In this document: one piece after another, positions 1 to 9,285 of the stretch
Numbering within the stretch: position 1 is the stretch's first letter
Layout: every line of letters starts with the position of its first letter
NCBI GenBank assembly: GCA_036339465.1
Contig: JAYZAY010000098.1
Coordinates: 1 to 23,870, forward strand
Length of the DNA: 23,870 nt
Source of the DNA: Myxococcota bacterium
GTDB lineage: Bacteria > Myxococcota > XYA12-FULL-58-9 > JABJBS01
Direction: 5' to 3'
Notes under the pieces: generated by a model
The model's database searches: none
The model's input: only the letters and a program-made list of their open reading frames with translations
Told to the model about the DNA's origin: nothing
Made by a program: the position numbers and the translations under genes

Positions 1-2650
1 GGTGATACAAATTTGTTTCAGTATTGGGGGCTGCGGGTGGGGCTAGTATTTCGACGAACAAGTCTTCAAGGATCCTTCCATCTCTTTGCTCCAAGAGTTT
101 CATGAGTTGCATGAGATGAACGAAAGTTGGGCCAGCGAGGAGTTTTTCTGCTTTTGTTTGGAAGGAGGATAAGTAGCAAAGTCGATTTTCGTGAGCTAGA
201 TCCGCAAGCTGGGACCCAAACTCCAGCAGCATGGTCGTAAGGGGTATAAACCGTTGATTGCTGAGTCTTTTGGTGGTGGTGATTTCACCGTTGTGGTTGC
301 TTTCAATATCCCGTGTTTGAATCAAGTAGTTAAAAGCATGCTCCATAAGGTGATCAAGGGAGCCAAGCTGATTGCTTTGTTGAAGTCGCGTAAGCATTTT
401 TTGGAACGCGATGAGTATTTCAGCCCCCAGTGACGTGGAGGTGAGGGGGCTTTGTCGGTGATGAACGGTTCCATCGTTATCGACGATGCGTTCAATAGAG
501 CGCATGATGACGGCGGATACGGGTTCACCGGTTTCTTCGGATTCAAGGGTGACCAATAGGTCTAGGAGATCAAAAACTCGGTCAACCGCATCCGTTTCGA
601 GCACTTTTTGCGCGAAAGGCAACAACTTCCTGACCCTACTGTAGGAGTCTTGATCTTGGTCTTCATCCAATCGTAAATCGTTGGCCACCAGGTCTAATAG
701 TTGGAGGAGGGTTGGGGTTTGATTTCTCTCTTTGAAGACCTTGGCAATGGGCAGGTAGCCATTTAATGCGCCACTGGCAGCGAGCGAGTCTAGGGTTTGG
801 AGTTGGTCATAGACTGCACTCCCGTCGCAACCGATGGCATCTAGAGAAAACTCCGTGGCGAAGCGCCCGGCGAATCCGAAAAGGTCAATGGCCCCCAAGA
901 GCGCATCGATGATTCCGCATACGGATTCGGCATCTCGATCCGCCATCAGATCCACGATAAAGTGTCCCACTGATTTGCCATCCGTAAATGGAACGGTACC
1001 ACAGTTGACAGCGCTTAGAAGTTCCACACTTTGCTCAAGACTACTTCGATTGTCTTGGAGGTTGCTGTTTGTTTGCCTGTAGCGGGGCTGGTCAAAGTCG
1101 ACGGGGTCTGATTCTCTATAATTTGGCTTACCATCTGAACATGTCGCTGTTTTGGAAAGGGCAACGTATTTGACCGTGTCTAGAATTTGATAGGGCAAAT
1201 CCCGCGCCGTTTGTCCGAGTTTGTGAATGGTTTCTAGGAGCAGTTGAGCGGTTGAGTTTTGTTGGGTGTTGGGTGTTTCAAACACGTCGTCTAGGAGGGG
1301 GAGGAAATCACCGATAAGCTGGACAAAGGTTGGGTCGGTCAACTTGATCTGTGATTGCTTGAGGGCTTTAAGGATCTGACCGACGGCCACAAGTATTTGC
1401 TCGGCTCGGACGTAATCGGAGCGAATGAGCTTAGACCACGTATCTAGGAAAAGTTTGGACTCATCGAATTTGGCGATTTCTAATAGGAGGTGCACGAGAT
1501 CGGCGGGAAGATGATCCTGAATGCCGTAATGAAGACAGGCATTCGAATTGTTTTCACAGGGAGACGGGGCCGGTAGGGTTGTCTCCAGTACGTAGCGTAA
1601 AGCGTGATGAAAATTGTTTTGGACCGCTTCTTGTCCTAGTAGCAGAAGCATTCCCACACCAGATTCTTTGGCATTGAAATATTCGTAGTAGAGGTCGCCA
1701 TTTTGAGTAAGCGCACGTTGGTCATCGTCTTGGTGTTGGCCCTCAGCGAACGCCGGAATGCTGATGACTGTGCCGGAACCGTCAATGGGTTCGCCCCTTT
1801 CGTTGACATCGGCATTCCCATCTTGATTGCTGTCTTGAAAGGGGGGGTATAGCTGGCCTGTCTGTGGGTTGGTGGCTACTTTGGGATTTCCATGTTCATC
1901 AGCATAGACCACCCAGCTTGGTTTTCCGAGACCCATATCCTCAGTGACTAGGGCCTGGCTCAGAATGTGGGTACTCCAGTCTCCGACCGAGAGTTCGCCG
2001 CAGGTGTTCTCATTGTCGAAGACATCGAGGGCGTGTTGAAAGAGTCGTAGGCTGTGGTTGAAACCGTAGTCGATACCATCGTGATAGGATGCTAATTGAG
2101 TGACGCTTTGGACAATTGGAGGGATGTCTTCCCGCTGAATAAAATCGTGGAGGAATTCGATGATGTGGTCAAATTGTACGACGCCTCGTGTCTTCGTCAG
2201 TTCGACAAAGCCACTTAGCCATTGGTTGCTTTGCGGTGAGTCGGCGGCGAGCTTTTCTAGGGCCCGTGCCAATTGGTCGGTTGCCTGGGGAAGGCGACCG
2301 TCGTCGACGCCGGGAACGAAGGTGCTGGAAACCAAAGGTGGTAGGGCATCGAGTATTTTTTCGGGAAAGGTCAGATCCACAGCGCTGACAAAGCTGCTCT
2401 CAATGGTCGAGAGGATTTCCAATTGGGGTTCAGCACATAAACTATCAGCTTCTATGGATGAAGTCGTTAGCTCATAAACCACTTCCCCAAAGGTGCGTTT
2501 GGTTTCTGGTTGATTGTAGAGTTGCTTATCTTTGTTAGAGCAGGCACCGAAGGCAATTAGGTATCCAAATGTCATTTGTAATAACAGTTGGCGATTTCTT
2601 ATGCCGTACCAACTTGGTTCGGATAGACACCGGCTTTTTCCGTTCTCCAC
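1..2650 (-). CDS. Large predicted lipoprotein (>880 aa), mostly helical, with a DxNxDG Ca-binding-like motif; 3' end lies beyond the left edge
   Basis: Manual translation: GTG at 2650 preceded by a GGGGAGGGGGAG SD gives MENGKSRC...QMTFGYLIAFGACSNKDK (lipobox FGAC). No in-frame stop was found down to position 2, which explains its absence from the ORF track. DSNQDGNAD at 1808-1834. Alternative ATG start at 2575. Confidence 0.8.
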   Translation of the reverse strand, partial: MENGKSRCLSEPSWYGIRNRQLLLQMTFGYLIAFGACSNKDKQLYNQPETKRTFGEVVYELTTSSIEADSLCAEPQLEILSTIESSFVSAVDLTFPEKILDALPPLVSSTFVPGVDDGRLPQATDQLARALEKLAADSPQSNQWLSGFVELTKTRGVVQFDHIIEFLHDFIQREDIPPIVQSVTQLASYHDGIDYGFNHSLRLFQHALDVFDNENTCGELSVGDWSTHILSQALVTEDMGLGKPSWVVYADEHGNPKVATNPQTGQLYPPFQDSNQDGNADVNERGEPIDGSGTVISIPAFAEGQHQDDDQRALTQNGDLYYEYFNAKESGVGMLLLLGQEAVQNNFHHALRYVLETTLPAPSPCENNSNACLHYGIQDHLPADLVHLLLEIAKFDESKLFLDTWSKLIRSDYVRAEQILVAVGQILKALKQSQIKLTDPTFVQLIGDFLPLLDDVFETPNTQQNSTAQLLLETIHKLGQTARDLPYQILDTVKYVALSKTATCSDGKPNYRESDPVDFDQPRYRQTNSNLQDNRSSLEQSVELLSAVNCGTVPFTDGKSVGHFIVDLMADRDAESVCGIIDALLGAIDLFGFAGRFATEFSLDAIGCDGSAVYDQLQTLDSLAASGALNGYLPIAKVFKERNQTPTLLQLLDLVANDLRLDEDQDQDSYSRVRKLLPFAQKVLETDAVDRVFDLLDLLVTLESEETGEPVSAVIMRSIERIVDNDGTVHHRQSPLTSTSLGAEILIAFQKMLTRLQQSNQLGSLDHLMEHAFNYLIQTRDIESNHNGEITTTKRLSNQRFIPLTTMLLEFGSQLADLAHENRLCYLSSFQTKAEKLLAGPTFVHLMQLMKLLEQRDGRILEDLFVEILAPPAAPNTETNLYH

Positions 2651-2855
2651 CACGGCTCCCCCTCCCCTTAATATCACTCTACCAACCTAGTGCTATTCCC
2701 TTGAGCGGCCCTAGTCAGTATCGCCGTTTTTATGATGACAATCGCCCAGCCAACCGTTAAGCTCCCCGTGTTTGGCCGTTGATGATCTAAGCAGGCGATA
2801 GAATCTTTAAATTAGAGGCAGGTTGTCAAGTGCTTTTTTCGGGGAGGGGGGCATC

Positions 2856-4013
2856 GTGCAGGAGAAAAACGCATTGACGACAAAGTTTTCTTTTCTTGCG
2901 GTCGCAATTTATTCAGTAGGGATGTTTGGGTGTTCCCATCTATCCAAGATTGAAATCCTTGAACCGTCGGAAATTCTATGGGTTGAAACCGACGATGCAT
3001 GGCGGTTGGCTGTTCATCATTTTGCGCCTAATTCTCTTGTGAAGGCGCGCCGCTTTCCGGTGATTCTCTGTCATGGTTTGGGGGGGAATCGCAGTAATTG
3101 GAATCTCACAGAAGACTTGAGTGTTCCAATTTACCTGTCTGAGCAAGGCTTCGATGTTTATTTGGTCGAATTGCGAGGCAGTGGGCTTTCGTCTACGCCG
3201 TCTGTTTGGAATGATTATTCTTTTAACTTTAGCATCGATGATCACATCAATTATGATGCGCCTGCCCTGGTCAATTTTGTAAAAGATTATACGGGGAGCC
3301 CACAAGTTCACTGGGTCGGCCACAGTATGGGTTCGATGGTGATGTATGGGTACCTTCAAAAATTTCAAAACCATGGGGTAAGGTCGTTGGTTGGGGCCGG
3401 TTCTCCTGGAATCGTTATTCCTGCCACTGAAGTTGTCGAATTGGGACGCAGAATGCTCATTGAGTTCATGGAGAGCCAAACCATTGGGATCCCGGCTGAG
3501 TTTCTAATCAGAGCCGGTTCTGCCTTTGCTCACCCTGGATGGCTCTCATCGATGCACACGGTTTGGAATTACGATAATATTTCACCGCAGGTAGCGCGCA
3601 GGGCAGCGGCGCATGCAGTGGAAGATTTATCTCCAAGGGTTTTGGGCCAGTTTTTCAGATCGGCAGATGTCGGTGCCTTTGTGTCCGCTGATGGGGAGTA
3701 TAATTATACCGAAGGTCTTAGAAAAATAACTGTTCCTACCATGCTTATGGCGGGTGTGATGGACCAATTGGCTCCCCCAGGAAGTTTATTAGAGGTGTAT
3801 CGTCGTATTCAATCTCCGGAAAAGGAGTTTCATCTTCTCGGTAAGGCTTATGGCTTTAGTCGCGACTACGGACACGTGGATATGGTGATGGGTAAGACTG
3901 CTCCTGCTGAAGTATTTCCACTCATTGCCGATTGGCTGGTGCGAATGGATGAGGCGGATGACTCGGTATTGGTTGAATCCATCGGAGAGAATGTGCATGT
4001 TTCGGGAAGCTAG
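2856..4013 (+). CDS. Alpha/beta-fold hydrolase (lipase/esterase-like), predicted lipoprotein
   Basis: Oxyanion motif LCHGLG, nucleophile elbow GHSMG (Ser codon 3324-3326), acid in MDQLAPP, His in YGHVD; lipobox MFGC. GTG start at 2856 follows a GGGGAGGGGG SD (the track starts at TTG 2823). Confidence 0.9.
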   Translation: MQEKNALTTKFSFLAVAIYSVGMFGCSHLSKIEILEPSEILWVETDDAWRLAVHHFAPNSLVKARRFPVILCHGLGGNRSNWNLTEDLSVPIYLSEQGFDVYLVELRGSGLSSTPSVWNDYSFNFSIDDHINYDAPALVNFVKDYTGSPQVHWVGHSMGSMVMYGYLQKFQNHGVRSLVGAGSPGIVIPATEVVELGRRMLIEFMESQTIGIPAEFLIRAGSAFAHPGWLSSMHTVWNYDNISPQVARRAAAHAVEDLSPRVLGQFFRSADVGAFVSADGEYNYTEGLRKITVPTMLMAGVMDQLAPPGSLLEVYRRIQSPEKEFHLLGKAYGFSRDYGHVDMVMGKTAPAEVFPLIADWLVRMDEADDSVLVESIGENVHVSGS

Positions 4014-5058
4014 AATTGGTTCGTTGTGTCTCTTTCTCCTTGTGGACGTGCTTTTGTTGTCTTTGATGGGTTGCCAATCGGCCCTAAGGCCCATGGCTCC
4101 ACAGGTCTTTGTGGTTGGAGAAAAAGGAGTCGCACAGACCGAAGAAAATATTGCTGCTTTTAATTATGAACCAGGCAGTCCCAAGGGAACATTGGTCTTG
4201 CTTCATGATATAGGTTTTAGCGCAAAGATCTGGGACGTCCCAAGGGCTTCGAACCTAGCCCGCTATTTTTACCGCAAAGGTTTTCGAGTCATCAGTCTTA
4301 ATGGTTTTGGGAGTCGACCCAAACTGGCTGCAGGCGGTGATGACCAGAGTCTCACTGGTTGGGAGAATAGACTAAACAGTCTTTCTCTCTTCCTGAAAAA
4401 GCTCAATCAAAACGACGCATTGCCGCGTCCTATTATAGCACTTGGGCATGGTTTTGGTGGGACGATGTTGATGGAATTAGGGCAAGCCAAGCCAGATTTT
4501 TTCGATGGTTATATGATGATGGGGGCGCCGATAGCTCGTGGAAGCCATGGAAAGTGGTTCCAGGCATGGATGATGGAGCTCGAAGAGAATGGTGATGCCG
4601 GTGTATTATGGGGCAAAGGGAATCGGGAAAAGCTTGAGGGTTTGGGTGTGATGCGTTCGAATCATTTTCGCCGCCTCCAGGCTCGGCATGATATTTGGCG
4701 TTTGGAGGAACTCATTGGAGAGGGATATTTTTCGCCTATCCACTCCGCTCAATTGCCAGGTGATGTTAGGGAGCGTTACCGTGAATTGGTTCCATTTATC
4801 CCACCCGATCTTAAGACCAATACGCGTTTTTTGGAAAAGCCCATTCTTATTGTGACTTCTCCGGGCGACTATTTTGCGCCTCCTTGGTTATGTGATCCCA
4901 ATAGTTTGGGGATTCGTTTTAAACACCTGGAAGTACTGCGTTTGACGCGGGCCAACGGTTTTGCATTTGAATACGGCCATTTGGAGATGATTTTGCATAA
5001 GAAGGCGCGTCGCGAAGTGTATCCTCGGCTTCTGTCTTGGCTAGATGACCAATCCTAA
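3997..5058 (+). CDS. Alpha/beta-fold hydrolase homolog with Gly in place of the catalytic Ser; predicted lipoprotein
   Basis: LLHDIG, GHGFG elbow, GDYFAPP and YGHLEM align by eye with the upstream gene. Lipobox LMGC. ATG 3997 is 9 nt after GGAG and overlaps the 3' end of the upstream gene. Confidence 0.8.
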   Translation: MFREARIGSLCLFLLVDVLLLSLMGCQSALRPMAPQVFVVGEKGVAQTEENIAAFNYEPGSPKGTLVLLHDIGFSAKIWDVPRASNLARYFYRKGFRVISLNGFGSRPKLAAGGDDQSLTGWENRLNSLSLFLKKLNQNDALPRPIIALGHGFGGTMLMELGQAKPDFFDGYMMMGAPIARGSHGKWFQAWMMELEENGDAGVLWGKGNREKLEGLGVMRSNHFRRLQARHDIWRLEELIGEGYFSPIHSAQLPGDVRERYRELVPFIPPDLKTNTRFLEKPILIVTSPGDYFAPPWLCDPNSLGIRFKHLEVLRLTRANGFAFEYGHLEMILHKKARREVYPRLLSWLDDQS

Positions 5059-6257
5059 TTTGTTTTGAATGGCTGTTCTATTTCGGCGAGAAGTATTTTG
5101 AACCATTTCGTCTCTAAGGAAAATGGTTTTCCTCCTTTGATACGTGGAAACTCGATACACCGCAGTTTGTTATTGTGGTCTTCATCATGCCCGACGACGC
5201 CTGATTCTCCTTTGACTGCGGATTCTACGGCGAGTTCGGCGCAGACGCGAATCAGTTTTCGATCGGCTTGATTGGATGGGGCACTCCGTGCGTAATAGCC
5301 GCTTTTTTGAACGAGCACTTTTTCAGCATTCAGCATTAAAGCGAACTGTTTACCAAACCACTGACCAGGATTTACCCTATCCAACTTAACGTGACCGAAT
5401 GCATCCCGGGGGATCTCTTCTCCTCTGGCTTCCATTTCCTTAACAATGGTTTCTAGGCCCGCACCCTCACTTAGGAAAATATTTACACAACCGAGTTCAT
5501 CCATCACTTCTTTAAGGCGCTTGGCTTCTCCGGCAAGGTCGAAGTGCATTTCCGGAATATAGACCCCATGAATATCTTTATGTCGGTGGCTATGTTGAAG
5601 CCCAGGGGCAAAAGGCTCGGTGGCGAGTTGTTTCCTATATTCCTGTGCGGTAGCGGCAGTGAGCCAACCACAATGGCGGCCCATGACCTCATGAATGATA
5701 AGCATACGAGGGTTGGCGCTGAATTCATTGACGACATGACTGAAAAAACGTGCTCCTTGTTCAGCGGCCGTATAAGCCCCCAGAGACTGTGTTATTGGAA
5801 AGACGTCATTATCTACGGTTTTAGGCAATCCAACCACCCGTAGTTGGTATTGTTGTGTCGCGAGATATGCAGCGAGACAAGCGGCTGTGGTGTTGGTGTC
5901 GTCCCCGCCGATGGTATGGAGAATATCGATTCTGTCTTTTCGGAGCTGCTGGGCGCAAGCTTCTAGGGGCGGGATGCCCGCTTCGACGAGGCCCCTCTTT
6001 TCGCAGTCTTGTTGGTTGGTCAATTTAACTCGGCTATTGCCGATAGGTGAGCCACCATGGGCGTAAAATACTTTCGCTTTTTCTCGAAGTTCTGGACCAA
6101 CTTCCACCGAATTTCCCATTAGGAGACCTTTGTAACCATCAAGATAACAAAGTAGTTCGAATTCGGGATTGGTTTTTGTGTAAGTGTCGATTAAATCGGC
6201 TAGGGCTGCAGACAAGCACGGTGCGAGTCCACCGGCGGTTAGAATGGCTACTCTCAT
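5055..6257 (-). CDS. pfp: Pyrophosphate-dependent phosphofructokinase (PPi:fructose-6-phosphate 1-phosphotransferase)
   Basis: ILTAGGLAPCL N-terminus, GGDDT and PKTVDND (Asp/Lys pattern of PPi-specific PFKs), MGR motif, DAFGHVKLD, KSGYYARS; GGAG SD upstream. Confidence 0.93.
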   Translation of the reverse strand: MRVAILTAGGLAPCLSAALADLIDTYTKTNPEFELLCYLDGYKGLLMGNSVEVGPELREKAKVFYAHGGSPIGNSRVKLTNQQDCEKRGLVEAGIPPLEACAQQLRKDRIDILHTIGGDDTNTTAACLAAYLATQQYQLRVVGLPKTVDNDVFPITQSLGAYTAAEQGARFFSHVVNEFSANPRMLIIHEVMGRHCGWLTAATAQEYRKQLATEPFAPGLQHSHRHKDIHGVYIPEMHFDLAGEAKRLKEVMDELGCVNIFLSEGAGLETIVKEMEARGEEIPRDAFGHVKLDRVNPGQWFGKQFALMLNAEKVLVQKSGYYARSAPSNQADRKLIRVCAELAVESAVKGESGVVGHDEDHNNKLRCIEFPRIKGGKPFSLETKWFKILLAEIEQPFKTN

Positions 6258-6385
6258 GGCTTACTCCATTTTTTTCTCTGGGTGGGGTATCATACATGGG
6301 GCCACTAAACCAAGTAAGCCTACGCCGCTAATTGCATTCGAATATTTGGGCACAAGGTCACAATGGTTAGAATCTGTAGTTTTGA

Positions 6386-6571
6386 TTACTTCGGTACGAC
6401 ATTTTTGTGTTCGTATGGGCAATGTCGACATTCACAACCGCAGCAGTCCCCCCTTTTCCTGTGGCCGATTGCCGTCAAGACTCTATATCCTGTTTTGGGA
6501 TCGATATAGGTCGTTTTTCCATGGCGGCATGCTTCATCATGGAGTTTTTCGAGCAATTCTTCTTCGGTCAT
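6386..6571 (-). CDS. Small Cys-rich protein, DUF5522 (C1orf53)-like, 61 aa
   Basis: YIDPKTGYRVLTA...RGDCCGCECRHCPY matches my recollection of the DUF5522 signature. ATG at 6571 lies 17 nt after the permease stop. Confidence 0.8.
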   Translation of the reverse strand: MTEEELLEKLHDEACRHGKTTYIDPKTGYRVLTAIGHRKRGDCCGCECRHCPYEHKNVVPK

Positions 6572-6588
6572 GATGGTATTTCCATGTT

Positions 6589-7539
6589 TTATGGTGTGGG
6601 ATTTTTCGGTTTCGCAATAAACCAAACCAACAAGGGCGCCCCTATTCCTGCGGTTATGACGCCCACGGGCAATTCGCGCCCAGGTATCAATATTCTGGCT
6701 AAAGTGTCACATAAAACGAGGAATCCGGCACCACAAATCGCAGACATGGGTATCAGTATCCGGCGTGAGCTTCCCAGCCACAAACGTATGAGATGGGGGA
6801 CAATGAGCCCGACGAAAGCGATGGGACCACACCAAGCGACGGATGCCCCTACACCCAGCGCTCCAATACCGAGGGTTAGGGTTCTGACCTTGGTTACCGA
6901 CACGCCTTGGCTATGGGCTTTGTCTTCTCCCAGAACCAATGAATCCAATGCCCTAATTTGTGAAAAGATGATGGTGATCGAGACCAATGCGAAGGGAATC
7001 ATGAGGAGTACGCCCTGGTAACCAACTTGGGAGATATTACCCAGTGACCATCGTATGGCCTCAAAGGTGCTGGTCATATCTGCCTGGAGCTGTAGGCCTG
7101 TGGAAATGGCGCCCGTGGCGAGGGTGATAGCAATTCCGGCCAATAAAACGTCGTTGACTCGAGCCCTACCCGATGAGGCAATCCCAGCGACGATAAAGGT
7201 TACCACAAGCCCTCCGGTGAAGGCCCACAAAGGAATCAGTGGTAATGCTGAGCCGGATTGAAGCCCAAAGAGTACGGCAAGTAAGGCGCCAAGGCTTGCG
7301 CCGGCGGTTGTTCCTACCGTACTTGGGGTGGCCAAGGGATTTGCAAAAATCGTTTGGTAGGCAGCACCACATGTGGCGAGGATGGATCCCACCATAGCGG
7401 CCATGAGCATCCGGGGAATACGCAGCTGCCAGAAGACGAAATCTGTTTGAGCGATAGAGAGTTTTGGGCCAATCCATGGGCTAGCCATCAGAATAATGAG
7501 GACAATGAGGCCCACAGAAATGTTTTTCCCGTAGCTCAT
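6589..7539 (-). CDS. btuC: Cobalamin ABC transporter permease (FecCD/BtuC family)
   Basis: LRIPR, QTIFANPLATP, LGEDKAHSQGV, GPIAFVGLIVPHLIR, ELPVGVITAGIGAP. ATG 7539 overlaps the ATPase stop (ATGA). Substrate is inferred from the riboswitch. Confidence 0.88.
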   Translation of the reverse strand: MSYGKNISVGLIVLIILMASPWIGPKLSIAQTDFVFWQLRIPRMLMAAMVGSILATCGAAYQTIFANPLATPSTVGTTAGASLGALLAVLFGLQSGSALPLIPLWAFTGGLVVTFIVAGIASSGRARVNDVLLAGIAITLATGAISTGLQLQADMTSTFEAIRWSLGNISQVGYQGVLLMIPFALVSITIIFSQIRALDSLVLGEDKAHSQGVSVTKVRTLTLGIGALGVGASVAWCGPIAFVGLIVPHLIRLWLGSSRRILIPMSAICGAGFLVLCDTLARILIPGRELPVGVITAGIGAPLLVWFIAKPKNPTP

Positions 7540-8345
7540 ATCAAAAGTTCTCCACTGTTGACCGAACAAAAATATGGGATCTCGTCGATGATTGTTTCGA
7601 TATAGTTCATTTTGAATAATGATTGGAGATGCTGGCGTAGATTGCTGCTCATAAAATGTGTGTCAAACTGAATATTGCCAAAATTGAGTCCCAGTATCCG
7701 CACTTCACTCAACTTCTCTTTGGGTCCTAAATGTCGCAGAGCATTGATGTCATGGGTTACACAAATGATGGTTTTACCGATTGCCCATTCCTTACCTAGG
7801 TTTTTGTAGAGTTGTACTTGTTGGCTGGGGTCTAAATGATTCCCAGGTTCATCGACGAGAAGGGTGGTGGTTTCTTGAACCCATAGGTTGGCGAAGGATA
7901 TTTTTTGTATTTCTCCCCCAGACAAGGTGCACATTAAACGATCTTTAAAGGAATCCATATTGATTTGCTCAAGGGCTTGGAGAGCGATTTCTGTGGATTT
8001 TCCATGGGGCTCTGCGAATCGGTAACGGGCCGTTCGCAGGTAGTCGAGAACTGAAATAGATTCCGAAGGACTGCTTTTTTGAGGAAGCCAAGCGAGTTTT
8101 TCTGCGCGCTCTTTGGGGGTGAGTGATGCTAAATCCTGAGCATTGAGATAAATGCGCCCAGTGCTTTTGGGTATCATTCCCAGAATAGCTTTCAGAAGTG
8201 TGGTTTTACCCGATCCGTTGGGGCCAACGATGGCAGTGAATTGACCGGTGGGAATTGATAGGTCAATATCTTTCAGGATCGGCCTTTTCGTGGTGGTAAC
8301 ATTTAATCCTTCTGTTCTAATACTAAATTCCATTTTGATACCCAT
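7536..8345 (-). CDS. btuD: Cobalamin ABC transporter ATP-binding subunit (BtuD/FepC family)
   Basis: Walker A GPNGSGKTT, signature LSGGE, Walker B LLVDEP, H-loop VTHD. Confidence 0.88.
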   Translation of the reverse strand: MGIKMEFSIRTEGLNVTTTKRPILKDIDLSIPTGQFTAIVGPNGSGKTTLLKAILGMIPKSTGRIYLNAQDLASLTPKERAEKLAWLPQKSSPSESISVLDYLRTARYRFAEPHGKSTEIALQALEQINMDSFKDRLMCTLSGGEIQKISFANLWVQETTTLLVDEPGNHLDPSQQVQLYKNLGKEWAIGKTIICVTHDINALRHLGPKEKLSEVRILGLNFGNIQFDTHFMSSNLRQHLQSLFKMNYIETIIDEIPYFCSVNSGELLI

Positions 8346-8348
8346 TCT

Positions 8349-9269
8349 CTAAAGTGAATTGAGCTCTTCCCTAAGGGCGGCCGAGAACGTAACGATGCTG
8401 GGGCCGGTGCTTAAGAGTGATTTTCCACTCATAATACTCAATTTCCCATTCTTAACGGCTTTCAGCGTTTTTAACTTTTTAAGCTCTTGAAGATAAGTAC
8501 TTTGTTTCCGTTGCTCGAAGTTCTCTTGAGGGATGATGGTGACGATAATTTCCGGATTGATCCGCAGAAGTTCTTCAATGCTGATGGAAGGGGCGCCGGT
8601 GATATCTCGGTTGATGGCATTTCGCGCTCCGGCAGCGTGAATAGCGCTGCCATGGAGCGAATTGCGTTTCATATACCACATCGGGGCTCCATTGAAGGTA
8701 TTGAGCCCCGATAAAAGAAGGACTTCAGGGCCCCTTTGTGGTGGCTGTTGTGTTAAATGTTGTTCCAGATGGTCGGTTATCTTTTCTGCGATTTTCTCAC
8801 TTTGGGTGATTTCTCCTAGTCGTTGTATACTTGATGTTACTTCGTCTTTCGTCAACCAGGGTAGATGGATGGTGGGGGCAATGGTGTTTAGCCCGGACTG
8901 GTGGCCATGCTTTGTGGCTTCGGTTAGAATCAAGTCAGGTTGAAGATTCGCGATGGCTTCAAAATTAGGGGTCAAGGCGGTTCCAAGCTTTGGTAGGAGT
9001 GTGAAAGATTTTGGTGTGACGCAGTAGTCGCTCATACCCACCAACGAATCTATGGCGTTGAGGGCCACGATTGTTTCAGTGATGGCGGGTGATAGACTGA
9101 TGATTCGTTTTTGTTTGCCTGTTTTTAGCTTGTTGTCGTCGATGATTTGTTGGAAGGGCGCAAGATGCGGGCCCAGTTCCATCAAGCCGTAGGATAAGAC
9201 TGAGGTTACTCCAGCGAAGAGGATGATGAGCACAAAGGGTTGTAGGGCACAACGGCGTTTATCCGGCAT
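8349..9269 (-). CDS. btuF: Cobalamin ABC transporter substrate-binding protein (helical-backbone, BtuF-like) with an N-terminal hydrophobic anchor
   Basis: RIISLSPAITETIVAL, VGMSDYC, PNFEAIANLQPDLIL, SIEELLRINPEII, LKAVKNGK. Confidence 0.85.
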   Translation of the reverse strand: MPDKRRCALQPFVLIILFAGVTSVLSYGLMELGPHLAPFQQIIDDNKLKTGKQKRIISLSPAITETIVALNAIDSLVGMSDYCVTPKSFTLLPKLGTALTPNFEAIANLQPDLILTEATKHGHQSGLNTIAPTIHLPWLTKDEVTSSIQRLGEITQSEKIAEKITDHLEQHLTQQPPQRGPEVLLLSGLNTFNGAPMWYMKRNSLHGSAIHAAGARNAINRDITGAPSISIEELLRINPEIIVTIIPQENFEQRKQSTYLQELKKLKTLKAVKNGKLSIMSGKSLLSTGPSIVTFSAALREELNSL

Positions 9270-9285
9270 AGTCTGTTCTCAACTT

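Noticed and set aside
322..2477. Short ORFs listed within the first 2.5 kb
   Set aside because: They are shadow or alternate-frame ORFs of the long open minus-strand lipoprotein gene.
2856..4013. PHA synthase PhaC
   Set aside because: The nucleophile is Ser (GHSMG), not Cys, and the protein has a lipoprotein signal.
5040..5075. Intrinsic terminators at the convergent junctions (here and at 16068-16073)
   Set aside because: The stops overlap or are 4 nt apart, and no hairpin with a U-tract is evident.
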